From contig NC_134033.1 in NCBI RefSeq assembly GCF_964204645.1, positions 13,152,655 to 13,216,654 on the forward strand: 64,000 bases of DNA. The letters are read 5' to 3'. A program made the translations under genes and the position numbers. Below, piece by piece: positions 38,690 to 49,774 of this stretch. Origin of the DNA: Tubulanus polymorphus. Taxonomy: Eukaryota > Animalia > Nemertea. Numbering within the stretch: the stretch's first letter is position 1; every line of letters starts with the position of its first letter. Under the pieces are notes generated by a model, which searched no databases, had not been told where the DNA came from, and saw only the letters and a program-made list of their open reading frames with translations.

Positions 38690-41600
38690 AAAAAAGCATC
38701 AGAATACTTAGTATTTAATGCCAAGGTGCTTGGATATCTTTAAGACAAGGCAAAGTAGGCAAAATTCTAGTTTTCTAGTGAAAGTAATGATTAGTTGATA
38801 CTTAGATTTCCAGAGTGAATCTGTATGTTCCATCTCTAGTTTTAATGCTCTATGTTGGAGACTGTTATTGTAACACATAACGCATGTTTGGAAATTAGGA
38901 ACTTGCATGATGATTCCTCGATTAAGATATTATTGTTGTGTGAATAAAACGATGTACATTTTCATTATTCATGTTGAAACTTTTTAGTTGTTAATTTTTA
39001 TAGCAACAATTCCACTGTGGTGCTTTTCAGTGGTTCATGATATACTGATTTAATTAAGGCCCTGTCGAAAATAGCAGGAGCATAGAATAGAAGGAGCTGT
39101 TTCTTGATAAGGCTAACGTGAGGATTCAGTGCTAATTGGTCAATTGTCCTAGCTTTTTTTTAATTATCGGTTTAACCGCGTCTGTGGGGCCTGTAATATC
39201 TGGACAAGAAGAATTTCTGATCTTTATATAGAGTTGTATTTATATCTACTATCAAGTTGAATAAAACAATTAAGAAGTTACCATAGCTTCGTCAGTCAAA
39301 CCATATTTATTTGAAGATACTCGATTTATCTTAAATTATCACGAAGAAAAACCTTTATAATAGTTTGCAGGGTTTGATCTAAGGAATAAATGCCACTTGA
39401 CCTTGGGGCAAGCATATATAATATCACTTGCCCCCTCAAAAATCAACTTGCCCTACACAAGCAGTCCAATTGTGACACAATTGTCCCTTGCATCGAGTGG
39501 GATAAAAGCTTTGAGACATAGAATTAAACAAGCCCGGTGGATGATTGATTATGATAACCTTCATGCCCTAATGAAAATATACTTGTCCCGGGCAATTGGA
39601 CTAGTGCTTAAACATCAGACCCTGCTTTGTTTCAGATGTAATATTTGTAAAATAAGCTAGTTGATAATTAAAGAAATCTTTTTAATTTTTGGCAATGTTT
39701 TTAGTGTTCTTGTAATAACTAAGATTAATTAGTTTACTTCACGCTTTCCAGAGTGAGTGAATTTGTTGGTTTTATGTGGAACTGTTTTTTAAATAACTTA
39801 TTTAGCGGGGTATAATTCTTGTGTAAGAATAAAATAATATACATGTTTCGTCATTCATACTGTGGTGCTCATCAATGGTTCATAAAATACTATTTTCATT
39901 AAGGCCCTTATGGAAAATAGAGTAGCAAAATAGAGGAGCAGTCTCTTGATAAATGAGGATTTATGAACAGTATTAATCAGTAGATTATGCTAGCCATGTA
40001 CTCTAAATCATGGTTTAACAGTGTCTATATGGGTTCTGAAATATCTGCACAAGAAGCACCTCAAAAAGTTAGTTATTGAATCTTAACTTAATTGTTGCAA
40101 AGCCATTAGTTATTAGTAATTGCCCTAGCTCTATTCAAATTGACAGTTGAACAATATTTATATACTCGATTTATATACTCTTGTTGAATGCATAGAAGAA
40201 AATATCTCCGAAATACTTTGCATTAAATGTAACATTTGAGAAAATAACCAATTTGATAATGTCTTGAAACCTCTTAAAGACAAGGCAAAGGTGGCAAAAC
40301 TAGTTATCTTGTAAAATAATGTAAATGAAAATTAAATCAAAGACCGTTTATTTAATCTAATCTTAAGCTTTCCAGATTGAATTTGTGGTTTTATCTTCGG
40401 TAATAATGTTTTTATGTTGGAGACTTTTTTGAAATACAGGTCACGTTTTTGTAAATGACTGAGGCACTTCCTCCAGTCATTTAGGTATAATTGTTGTTGT
40501 AGAGATAAAATGACATGTTTATGTCAATTGTTCATAAAACATTGATTTATTAAGGTCCTATCGAATAAAGTTGAGCTTTTTCTTGATAAATGAGATGTCC
40601 TCAATCGATGTCATTTGAAAAGTTGACATGATAGATTCATATTTCATGAAATATAACAAAGTGTCGGTTATATTGACCTCATGAATTGTCAAATTCATAA
40701 TCTTAGACTTTCAGACTAGTCCAATTTTCGTTTTTTTTTATGGATCAAAGTTTATAATTCTTTGTGTATTTTTGTTATTTTCCTATTGATGCAAATTGTA
40801 TGAATCAGCTGTAGTGGAAATGTATAGTAGATAAAGACTTCTAAATACCTTACATGTAACTTTGTTTTAAGTTAGTACAATTTCATACATAGTAATAGAA
40901 ATAGAATTACTATTGAAATTTGGGAAAAAATAAGCTAAAAGTTAATAATATGATATGTGAAAATAAAATGATGTATGAATGTAAATCAGATTGATTACTT
41001 AATCCTTCGTTTCCAGAGTATTTGGCCAGGTTTATCTCTGGTTTTAGTGTGGGGAGCCATGGACTCACGGTTTAAGAGTCCATGGTTGTGGGCCATAGAC
41101 GTTTCTGTTTTAGAGTCTATGGTTGGACCATGGGCGTATAAACTCTCGTTTATAGTTTATACGTCTATGGTGGTTGGACTAGTTGTTTTTGAAAGTCTGT
41201 GTTTGAGGAGCTTACGGTATAATTCCTCGAGCACAAACTTGGCATTTTGTATAATTGTTACATGAGAATAAATATGATTGATTTTTTAAATTTGTCATTC
41301 GTTGAGTTGTTACTAAAACGAAGCACTACTAAAAACGAAGACTATATGCACCTGAGAAAACCGACCAATTTACCTTTCCAGCAGAGGTGGTACAGAGTGC
41401 CCCAAGTGATGATTTCGAGTATCTTCGGACTTCTTTTTAGTCATGCATAGTTCTAATACCCCAAAGTACAGGCCTTCGTTTTAGTAGCGCATAGTTTTTA
41501 GTAACACCCCCATTTCACTGCCCTTAAGGTCCTGATGGAAAATAGAGGATATATGAAGTGTTTATTAGTAGATTGTGCTAGCTGTATTCAAATTGACAAG

Positions 41601-42150
41601 TGAACAATTTTATCTTGTCGATTGCATATAAGCGGATACCTCCAAAATACTTGACAGTTGAACAATATTTATATACTCGATTTATACTCTTGTTGAATGC
41701 ATAGAAGAAAATACCTCCGAAATACTTTGCATTAAATGTAATATGTGAGAAAATAACCAATTTGATCATGTCTGAGCAAAGGTGGATGAAAATTAAATCA
41801 AAGACTGTTAATCATAAGCTTTCCAGTTTGAATTCGTGTTTTTATCTCTGGTTTTTAGGTTGGGGACTTTTTTGAAACACAGGTCATGTTTTATGTAAAT
41901 GACTGAGGCACTTCCTCAAGTACATATAGTTACCTGTCATTAAGGTATAATTGTCGTTGTGGGATAAAACGACATGTTCATGTCAATTGTTTATAAAACA
42001 CTGATTTATTAAGGTCACACTATCCAATAAAGTTGGACTAGTTGTTTTTGAAAGTCCATGTGTTTGAGGAGGTTACATTAATTCCTCGAGCACTCTTAGC
42101 ATTTTGTATAATTGTTGTATGAGAATAAATATGATTGATTTTAGAATTTA
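38690..42150. repeat. Degenerate multi-copy AT-rich duplications
   Basis: Shared blocks such as GCAAAG(T/G)..GC/GGA at 38741, 40276 and 41775. 40125-40580 closely matches 41580-42035; 41175-41295 matches 42035-42150. Confidence 0.7.
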
Positions 42151-42690
42151 TCATTTTTTTATAGTTAAGTATAGCAAATCCTGAATTGAGGCCTAAATCG
42201 TTTTAAGATACGTCATTTAAGATAAACTGAATTAATGAAGAAATTAAATCGATCTAAGACCTTTTTATGAAACTCCTGTGTTTTATTCTTGCAATCTACT
42301 TCTTTTTTTCAACCCAAAAAAAATAATCCTACCAACTGGTCTGCCGATAAGCTTTTATTTTTATATCAACGGCAAAACCAATACCATCCTCGCTTGCCAG
42401 GGGTCCGATCAGTCCCGAACTCGCTTTCACCAGCTCGTTCGGAGAACAGCTTTAGCGTAGTGGGTTCGAATCCCCTGACAGGTGAAGATGGTGGCAGCTG
42501 GCAACTAGCAACTGGCAACGTCGTCTCAGGGCTTCCATACGGAAATAGTCAGATCTTTCGGTTTCACTTAGACTGGTTGCCTGTGCCAAATTGAAGATAG
42601 AGATCGGTAACCAGTCTAGGTTTCACTTCGACTCCGATACCGAAGTTGAACTTGGAGGGCGCCACCATACGGTAGTTAATAACGATCAAA

Positions 42691-42851
42691 ATGGCTGCTA
42701 AGCGAAAACAGGATGAGAAGCACCTGAAAACACTGCGGGAAATAGTGTCTTTAGCGCACAATAAACACTGTTTCGACTGTCATCAAAGAGGACCGACTTA
42801 TATCAATATGACCACTGGTTCTTACGTGTGTACGGCGTGTAGCGGTATTCT
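42691..42851 (+). CDS. AGFG1: Arf-GAP domain and FG repeat-containing protein 1 (HRB/drongo), exon 1 MAAKRKQDEKHLKTLREIVSLAHNKHCFDCHQRGPTYINMTTGSYVCTACSGI(L)
   Basis: caaaATGG start context; CX2CX16CX2C ArfGAP zinc finger; KRKQDEKHLK N-terminus typical of AGFG; CT|GTGAGT donor. Not present in the ORF track. Confidence 0.96.
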
Positions 42852-43589
42852 GTGAGTACAGTTTTCTTCGCTCCTGTCAAAAAATTTCCGGCACGTCACA
42901 CTCGTTAGTCTGAGTGTTGACCGTTTAGAGCTACAGTCATATAGGGCCTACGTGTTAATAAGTTTAGGGTTAGACTTAGGGTTTGTTATTATTATGATAG
43001 GTAGTTAGTAACAACGCTGTGGTTTAACTTTAGGTCAGTAACCGGACAGAGTGCGGTTTAGTCAGTATTGAGTTGAGTAACCTCTTAAACCTGTACTTCC
43101 GCTATTTTACCTACATTATAACTATGTATATATAGTATTAACTAATAAAAGTAACAATGAAATCATCATATTGGGTTTAGAGGGTTAGGGTTTCGATAGG
43201 GTTAGTGTCGAGAGGGTGAGAAGAGGGCCCAGAGGGTGCCGTTTTACCCCTAGGGATAGGATTAGGGTAAGGTGAGGTACTTAGTTAAAACATTCAGTTG
43301 GTTTCAGCGAGCTCGGTGGTCTAGTGGTATGAGGCTGCGCTAGTAATTTACTGGCCTGGGTTTCTGAGTATCCGCTCTATTTTCTCTTACTCAGTTCTCC
43401 ACACTTTCCTTGAATTTTCTAAGTTGCGCACATGTGCGGCGTAAATCAGCCGATCAGCGACGATGTACGGTAAAATAGCAGAAATAAATACTCAGCCGTA
43501 TACGGTAAAATATCCATTGCGTAACCTGTAACTCCTGAGAGTGAATCATTAGATTATGGTATTAAACCTGACAGTGGTTTTGTCAGAAA

Positions 43590-43985
43590 CTGGAGTTCAG
43601 TAACCGGACTCAGTCAGTTAGTCAATAACCAAACTCTGGTTTTGGTCAGATTAATCAGTAACCAGACTGCAGTTCTGTCGACAGTAACTGGACTGGTTTG
43701 GTCAGTAACCGGACTATAGTGTAGTCAGTAAATAATTGGGCTGTAGTTTAATCCGGATTGATTTAGTGAACTGCAGTTAAGTCTGTAACTGCACTTGTTT
43801 ATAGTCAGTTAGGGCCTACCCGACTGGTTTAGAATATAAGTGGGCTGTAGGTAGTTTAGCCAGTAACCAGACTGTGGTTTATTCAATGAATGGACTGTAG
43901 TTTAGTCAGTAATTAGACTAGTTTAGTCACTTACCAGACTGCGGTTTAGCCCGATTGTGATTTAGCCAGTAACCGGACCATAGCT
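43590..43985. repeat. Degenerate ~22-26-bp minisatellite (CAGTAACCGGACTGTAGTTTAGT) in AGFG1 intron 1
   Basis: Repeated CAGTAACC(G/A)GACT cores. Confidence 0.7.
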
Positions 43986-44810
43986 TGGTTTGTTAGTTAT
44001 TTAATGTGTCCTACTATCTATGCTCTAATCTCAAGGTATTAAACACCCTTACACTATTAATTAGAAGACAATCTTGGATATCAAATCAGATATCAAATAT
44101 CTCTTTTTGGCTAATTCAAAAATTGGAAATAATGAAAACGATGCTTCTATTGTTGTGTTAGCCTAAACGGAAGCAGGACTTCCTAAACCCAGCTTAAGCT
44201 GGTCTTGAAATGACTAGATTCCATAACTCTAATCTGCGTGTATTGACATGATTGAAATGTTCAACTGAAGCAATACATAGATTAGTCTACTACTGTGGTG
44301 GTTGTAAAGCATGCTATTGACATAATTCAATTAACCTAATATTTATATGGCTTATCTCGTATATTAAAGAACATTTTGTTTATGCCCTTCCTAGATATAT
44401 TTTCCGCCTTACTTTGAAAAACATTGAAGCGTCCTTCCTCACATCATTAACCCTTTCCTGTTATATACGGTCGTATAGAAGACTAAAAAAAAACGTAGTA
44501 AATAACATTCAACTTACTGGATCTTCACGGAGAGTAGTAAGGTGCTGCCCTCTAAATACTTAAACTTACTTGAATTAATGAAAAGCAGGTAGCATTTTGG
44601 TAAAAGGTTGGATTTCATCGAAGTTTAAAATTGATGATCAAACGAATAAAGGGGCCACACAAAATACCCGAATACGGCCCCAGCTGAATAAAAAAACTAC
44701 AGGCAAGTCAGGAAAGGGTCAATGCTCATTCATACTACGTTACTTTATAACGCTAACCGTCTCAAACGGATTTTCTCATAATTCTCGCTTTTGAAATTCG
44801 TCTTTTACAG

Positions 44811-44904
44811 AAGAGGGATAAATCCTCCGCACCGTGTGAAATCGATATCGATGACCAGTTTCACTCCCGATGAAATGGAATTTATAAAATGCCACGGCAA
44901 TGAT
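44811..44904 (+). CDS. AGFG1: AGFG1 exon 2 RGINPPHRVKSISMTSFTPDEMEFIKCHGND
   Basis: tttacag acceptor, GTACGT donor; 94 bp, phase 2/0; catalytic Arg and HRVKSIS motif. Confidence 0.96.
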
Positions 44905-44989
44905 GTACGTATGATTACTTCGTTGATTAGTTTTCAACGAAAGAATTTTCAATCCATCAGTGAAGTAAATGAGTTGTTTGAATATTTAA

Positions 44990-45278
44990 CCCTTTCAGTG
45001 CGTCTACACTGCAGTGCGGTGTATGAATTGGTGATGGATTTTGCTAGTACACCGCACTGCGGTGTATTGATGTAATTAGTAATTAGTTTTTATCTCTATT
45101 GAATGATGGTAGCACCTGTCAAACATAGTGAAATAATAGTAATTAACAATACACCGCACCGCGGTTATAGACGCACTATAGTGGTGTTCCCATTATTCAA
45201 CACACTAGGGTGGAATTTTTCAAAATTTTCAAATTATCTCCAGCACTATAGGGTATTGATTAGTCAGCACTGAAATGG
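44990..45278. mobile_element. Intact piggyBac-like MITE in AGFG1 intron 2
   Basis: TTAA TSD on both sides; TIR CCCTTTCAGTGC / GCACTGAAATGG. Confidence 0.8.
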
Positions 45279-46154
45279 TTAAGCTGCAGCCTGCAACCAT
45301 TCAGACCAGTATTGAGTGAATTCCTGTGTGATCAGTTTTTGAAAGTGCGCTGATAGAATGTCTTTAACTGTTCATTTCAATTAGAAATGTTTCCTAAACG
45401 TATATGAAGTATGGACAATCAGTTTTTGAAAGTGTGCTGATACAACATCTGGTGTTTGTAGTTAATTTTCGATTAGATAATGTCTCAGCGGAAATACTGA
45501 ACACATGCGAAGCTTGGATGATCAATTTTTTAAGTGTGCTGATAAAATGTCTGGTGTTTGTAGAGCTTCATTTTCAATTAGAAATTTCTCTGGGGGAAGC
45601 ACTGAACAAGTGTTTCGCGGACGATCAATGGCTGATAAAATGTCTGATGTCTGGTGTTTTTAGTTCATTTTCAATTCGAATTGTCTCCCGAACACATGTG
45701 AAGTCTGGAAAATCAGATTGCTGATAAAATGCCTTTTATGTCTCTAGGGTTTGTAGTTCATTTGTCGACCAAATCTTATTGCATATTTGTCGATAATTGA
45801 GCGTGATATGAATTGACTTTTTGTAATCAGGAATTCAAAAACTGATAGTTGCAGGTTTGATTATACAGTCAATTATTTATCATCCGCCACTGATGTCCTG
45901 TTAGTAGATAACTGAACATTTTCATTGAGGAGAAACTAAATTTTTCTAATCGATGATTCAAAATTTTGGCGTAAAACCGAGGGTGGCAGGTAATCTGAGG
46001 AATACTGTTTTCAATAAAACTTTCTGTGAAGTACGAAGATTATGTATCTGGATGATGAAAGATTGTTGATAATGTAGGCTTATGTCTGGGTAGGTGCTGG
46101 GTCCAGACCGACAGAGATCCTGTTGAACTCGAGAGATGATTTTCTTTCTTTCAG

Positions 46155-46409
46155 TTTTGTCGGAAAGTATGGCTCGGTTTGTTCGATTCGCGCACGAATC
46201 CGGAACCGGACTCGAAAGACGAACAGAAAGTACGCGATTTCATGACGCAGAAATACGAGAAGAAACGTTGGTACGTCGCTCCGACCGACGCGATGAAAGA
46301 GGAAGCTCGTAAAATGAACGAAATCGTCGATAAAAAGTCGGAGACGCGACCGTTGAAAACGTTGCTCGGAAGCAACGTGCCAAAAATAAACGTACAAACT
46401 ACAAAATCG
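46155..46409 (+). CDS. AGFG1: AGFG1 exon 3 FCRKVWLGLFD...FMTQKYEKKRWY...PLKTLLG...TTKS
   Basis: tttcag acceptor, GTATGT donor; 255 bp, phase 0/0; KYEKKRWY closes the ArfGAP domain. Confidence 0.95.
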
Positions 46410-46850
46410 GTATGTTATGTATTTACTCTCTCTCTTTTATTAACTCTTTTTCATCAGATCTCTCTCTCTCTCTCTTCCTCTGTCATTCTCCCTTCTATCA
46501 TTCCCTATTTCCATCTAGCCTTCTATTTTTCCTCTCCCTCACTCTTCTCTGCCTCTTACTCACTTTCCTGTCCTCTCTCTCTTACTCACTTTCTGGTCCC
46601 TCCTTTTCTCTTCTTTTTCCTCTATCTCTTACTCACTTTTCTGGCCCTCCCTCTCCATTTCTCTCCCTCCTCTTTCTTGCTCCCTCTGCCTCTCACTGCC
46701 CAATCTCCCCTTCCTCTAATCTTTCTTTCGTGTTACTGCTTCATTGCTCCATAACAGTAAGAGAATGGTCAAGAAAATTGATATAGAAAAAATGATTTAA
46801 TTCTGAAAAAATAGTTACCGTAATGAGAAATACAATTTTGAATATTTCAG

Positions 46851-47067
46851 AATTCCCTTCCACATCCACCGGCCGGTGTCAGTATAGCGAAGCCAGTCGC
46901 TGACTTGCCACGAGCGACAGCGCCCGTCATAACACAAGAAAAGAAATCGGCATCGTTCGACCTGCTGGCGGATTTCGGAGGCGACCCGTTCGCGAACACG
47001 GCCCCGGCAGCAGCACCCGCCCCTCAACAACAACAATACACATCGATAGCGCAATCGGCATCTACTG
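46851..47067 (+). CDS. AGFG1: AGFG1 exon 4 NSLPHPP...SFDLLADFGGDPFAN...QSAST
   Basis: tttcag acceptor, G|GTTCGT donor; 217 bp, phase 0/1; conserved DLLxDxGxDxF motif. Confidence 0.88.
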
Positions 47068-47142
47068 GTTCGTATTATATATCGATTGTTGCTACGATGT
47101 TTGTCAATGGTACGTTGTAAAGTTGTTCGTGTCTATTTTCAG

Positions 47143-47187
47143 ACGGTTTCGCGAATTTCGAATCTGCTTTCGCAAACAATTTTGTCG
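47143..47187 (+). CDS. AGFG1: AGFG1 exon 5 (D)GFANFESAFANNFV
   Basis: ttttcag acceptor, G|GTAAGT donor; 45 bp, phase 1/1; FANF motif. Confidence 0.85.
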
Positions 47188-47463
47188 GTAAGTACTGATA
47201 GCGCGGTGTACTGATGTTAAAAATGCCGATAATGATAATTTATTGAGCTAAAAAATCTATATGAATGTAACAATGAATTTTCCGTTTGATGATGAAATTA
47301 AGTCAAAACTTCGCAAATGTTAGAATAGATTGTTAAATCAACTGTGGGTTTTGTTCATTATCAACAACATCATTGACAGTAGGGATACTTGTCTATTTTT
47401 CCCCCCTTGATCCTTCGACTTTGTATTTACTGTTGAACTTAATCGCTACGGTTTCTATTTCAG

Positions 47464-47736
47464 CACCTGCGCAGCCTCCACCAGCAGTCGTTCCTGCCGC
47501 CGATGCGACGGCATTCTCGAGCGCGATGCCGCAGTCGAGTTCGACGCATTCGGGTTTCGGCGCGTTCACGACACCGGCGATGCCGCAACAGAATACGGTG
47601 ATGTCACCGTCGACCGCGTCGACTCCTGGTCAGGCTTCGATGACATCGTCCACCGGATCGGATAAATACGCGGCGCTCGCCGAATTAGATACCGTTTTCA
47701 GCGTTGTCGGTCCAAACGTCGACTGGGAGGGAAAAG
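47464..47736 (+). CDS. AGFG1: AGFG1 exon 6 ...SDKYAALAELDTVFS...WEGK
   Basis: tttcag acceptor, G|GTACGT donor; 273 bp, phase 1/1; DKYAALAELD motif conserved in AGFG1. Confidence 0.92.
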
Positions 47737-48065
47737 GTACGTCTTTTTTACAATGAAGTTCAAAAGCACCACGTCAATTACCAAGTTATCTAAACACATT
47801 CGGTGTCTAGCGAACAGGGTGACCACAATTCTGGAAAACTGGGAAAACATAACCAATTTGATACAATTTGATAAAACGCTCACTTATCATATATTCTTAT
47901 TTATAATCATTCATGTCGAGTGTGTTGCTGCAATGTTCAATTCGCTTTTTATACGTTTCGTAGATATTTTCAGTTGATGCATGTACATGTATTTTGATTA
48001 TATATATATATTTTATTTCTATTTTTCGTGATTGTGCATTTTCTTTTTTACGTTGCTTTTTACAG

Positions 48066-48125
48066 TGGAAGCGCCCACTAGTACGAGTACTGGTGGAAGC
48101 GGTCTGAATCAAAATTGGACTAATG
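48066..48125 (+). CDS. AGFG1: AGFG1 exon 7 (V)EAPTSTSTGGSGLNQNWTN, possibly a cassette exon
   Basis: Strong poly-T tacag acceptor, G|GTGAGA donor; 60 bp, phase 1/1; open in frame. Confidence 0.7.
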
Positions 48126-48538
48126 GTGAGACCCCCACCCCCCATCCCCGGTTGGCCTGAGCAGGACCCAGTTTCACGAAACGGATTATTTTTATTGGCA
48201 ATCTTGATAATTTCAACTCTGACATTTCAAATAACCTTCATGAAACTGGGATGCCATTCTTATTTCTTTGTCAAACTCGCATTAAGATTGTTTTGTTCTA
48301 AACAGAAAGATAACTATAAAAATTTCAACCAGCTGTAAAAACAAGCACATATACTTTACACACTCGTCAACCTTCGGCTTCTTGCTTGGGGTCGGTCTTT
48401 TCTGTTCTTTTGAATTCAATATCGGATTTTGCTTTAATTGAAAAATATTTTACATCGAATTAAAACGATTTGTACTGTAACGTATTCTTTAGTGTAGCTG
48501 ACGTATGTATGAACTTTTATGATATTTTTTGCCTACAG

Positions 48539-48640
48539 GTGGCGGAAGTAGCTCGTGGACAACGCCCTCTAGCGGTGCATTTGGTAGTAATTGGAACACG
48601 GTATCAAACACAGTATCTGCCACCAATGCTTTTAGTTCTG
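48539..48640 (+). CDS. AGFG1: AGFG1 exon 8 GGSSSWTTPSSGAFGSNWNTVSNTVSATNAFSS
   Basis: ctacag acceptor, G|GTGAGG donor; 102 bp, phase 1/1. Confidence 0.82.
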
Positions 48641-48733
48641 GTGAGGATTTATTTAAGAATTTTGTCGGTTAATAATGCCTATTACAAGACTAAAAAACTT
48701 ACCTTTTACTTCAAACTTATCGCTTTGTTTCAG

Positions 48734-49299
48734 GTCCTAATCCATTTGGAGTGAGTTCTTCGCCGTTTGGTCAGCCAGCTCCTGTCAGTAGCGCGACGGC
48801 TGTACCTAACCCATTCTTAGCCAGTAGCCCCCCTCAGCCCGGTGGCGCATTCAGCCAGTCCGGATTCGGGCAATTCGGCGGCCATTCGACGGCACCGCCC
48901 GCGACTCAAAACACCGGCGGTTTCGGCGCCGCATTTGCCAACTCCACGACATCAACAAACTCTCAAACTCCATTCGCCGTACAAAACGGAGGACTTAATA
49001 GCGCAAACTGGAACGGATCGGCACAGCAGCAACAACATCCAAATCAAACTCAGAACTTATTCGCTATGCCAAATTCATTCCAAACGTCTGCGGCTGCCCA
49101 GTCGCAGGCGAGCGGTGCTAGTTTTCTCGGAACGACACCGGCGAATCAGTTCGGCGGTAAGGTCGGTCAGCAGCAAGGATTCGGTCAACAGCCGTTTGCG
49201 TCGGCCGCATTCGGTCAGCAGCAGTCTCAAGGATTCGTCGCTAACTGGAATACTGCCCCGGCCCCGGCGGCTCCAGCCGCGTCCAGTAATCCTTTTATG
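48734..49299 (+). CDS. AGFG1: AGFG1 exon 9, FG/NPF-rich (PNPFG...PNPFL...SSNPFM)
   Basis: tttcag acceptor, ATG|GTAAGT donor; 566 bp, phase 1/0; three NPF motifs and many FG dipeptides. Confidence 0.93.
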
Positions 49300-49714
49300 G
49301 TAAGTTTTCACGTTCATCTGAACTTTATTACGGGGGTGATTTCAGAAATCGGTGAGTTTTACGTAATGTTGTGTGCTGAAAATTTAAATAATGAATTTTG
49401 TGATAAAAATACTTAGTGTTTTACCAATGGAAGCATATATGTGTATGTGTACATTACATGGTCCCTACAACTCCTTGATTCCTTGAAAATTTCTTCAAAA
49501 CCAAAAATGTTGCCCAAAAGTCCTTGAAAACTCCTTGAATTTTGATATATATTCTTTAATGCTACTTTTCCTTAAGGCCTATTTTTTGCAACTTGTATCA
49601 AGAAATTTTCATAAATCGCTGAAGAATCTCAGTAAACCCCGGTCCCGCTGGCGTATTTTCACGCGTTCTCATCAAAATTCTCAATTTAATTCTCGATGTT
49701 TTTCTTTTTTCCAG

Positions 49715-49774
49715 AACCTGGCTTCTCAACAAGCGGCGCCACCTCGTGGAAGTTCGACGAACCCGTTTTTGTAA
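49715..49774 (+). CDS. AGFG1: AGFG1 last exon NLASQQAAPPRGSSTNPFL*
   Basis: ttccag acceptor; terminal SSTNPFL* as in vertebrate AGFG1. The spliced CDS totals 1833 nt (610 aa plus stop). Confidence 0.95.
   Translation, partial: NLASQQAAPPRGSSTNPFL

Noticed and set aside
43308-43365. tRNA-like GCTCGGTGGTCTAGTGGTATGA
   Set aside because: A-box only, with a degenerate B-box; at most a SINE head remnant.
46412-46786. Hydrophobic Leu/Ser/Phe ORFs (also 5812-6046)
   Set aside because: CT/GA-rich low-complexity intron sequence, not transmembrane protein.
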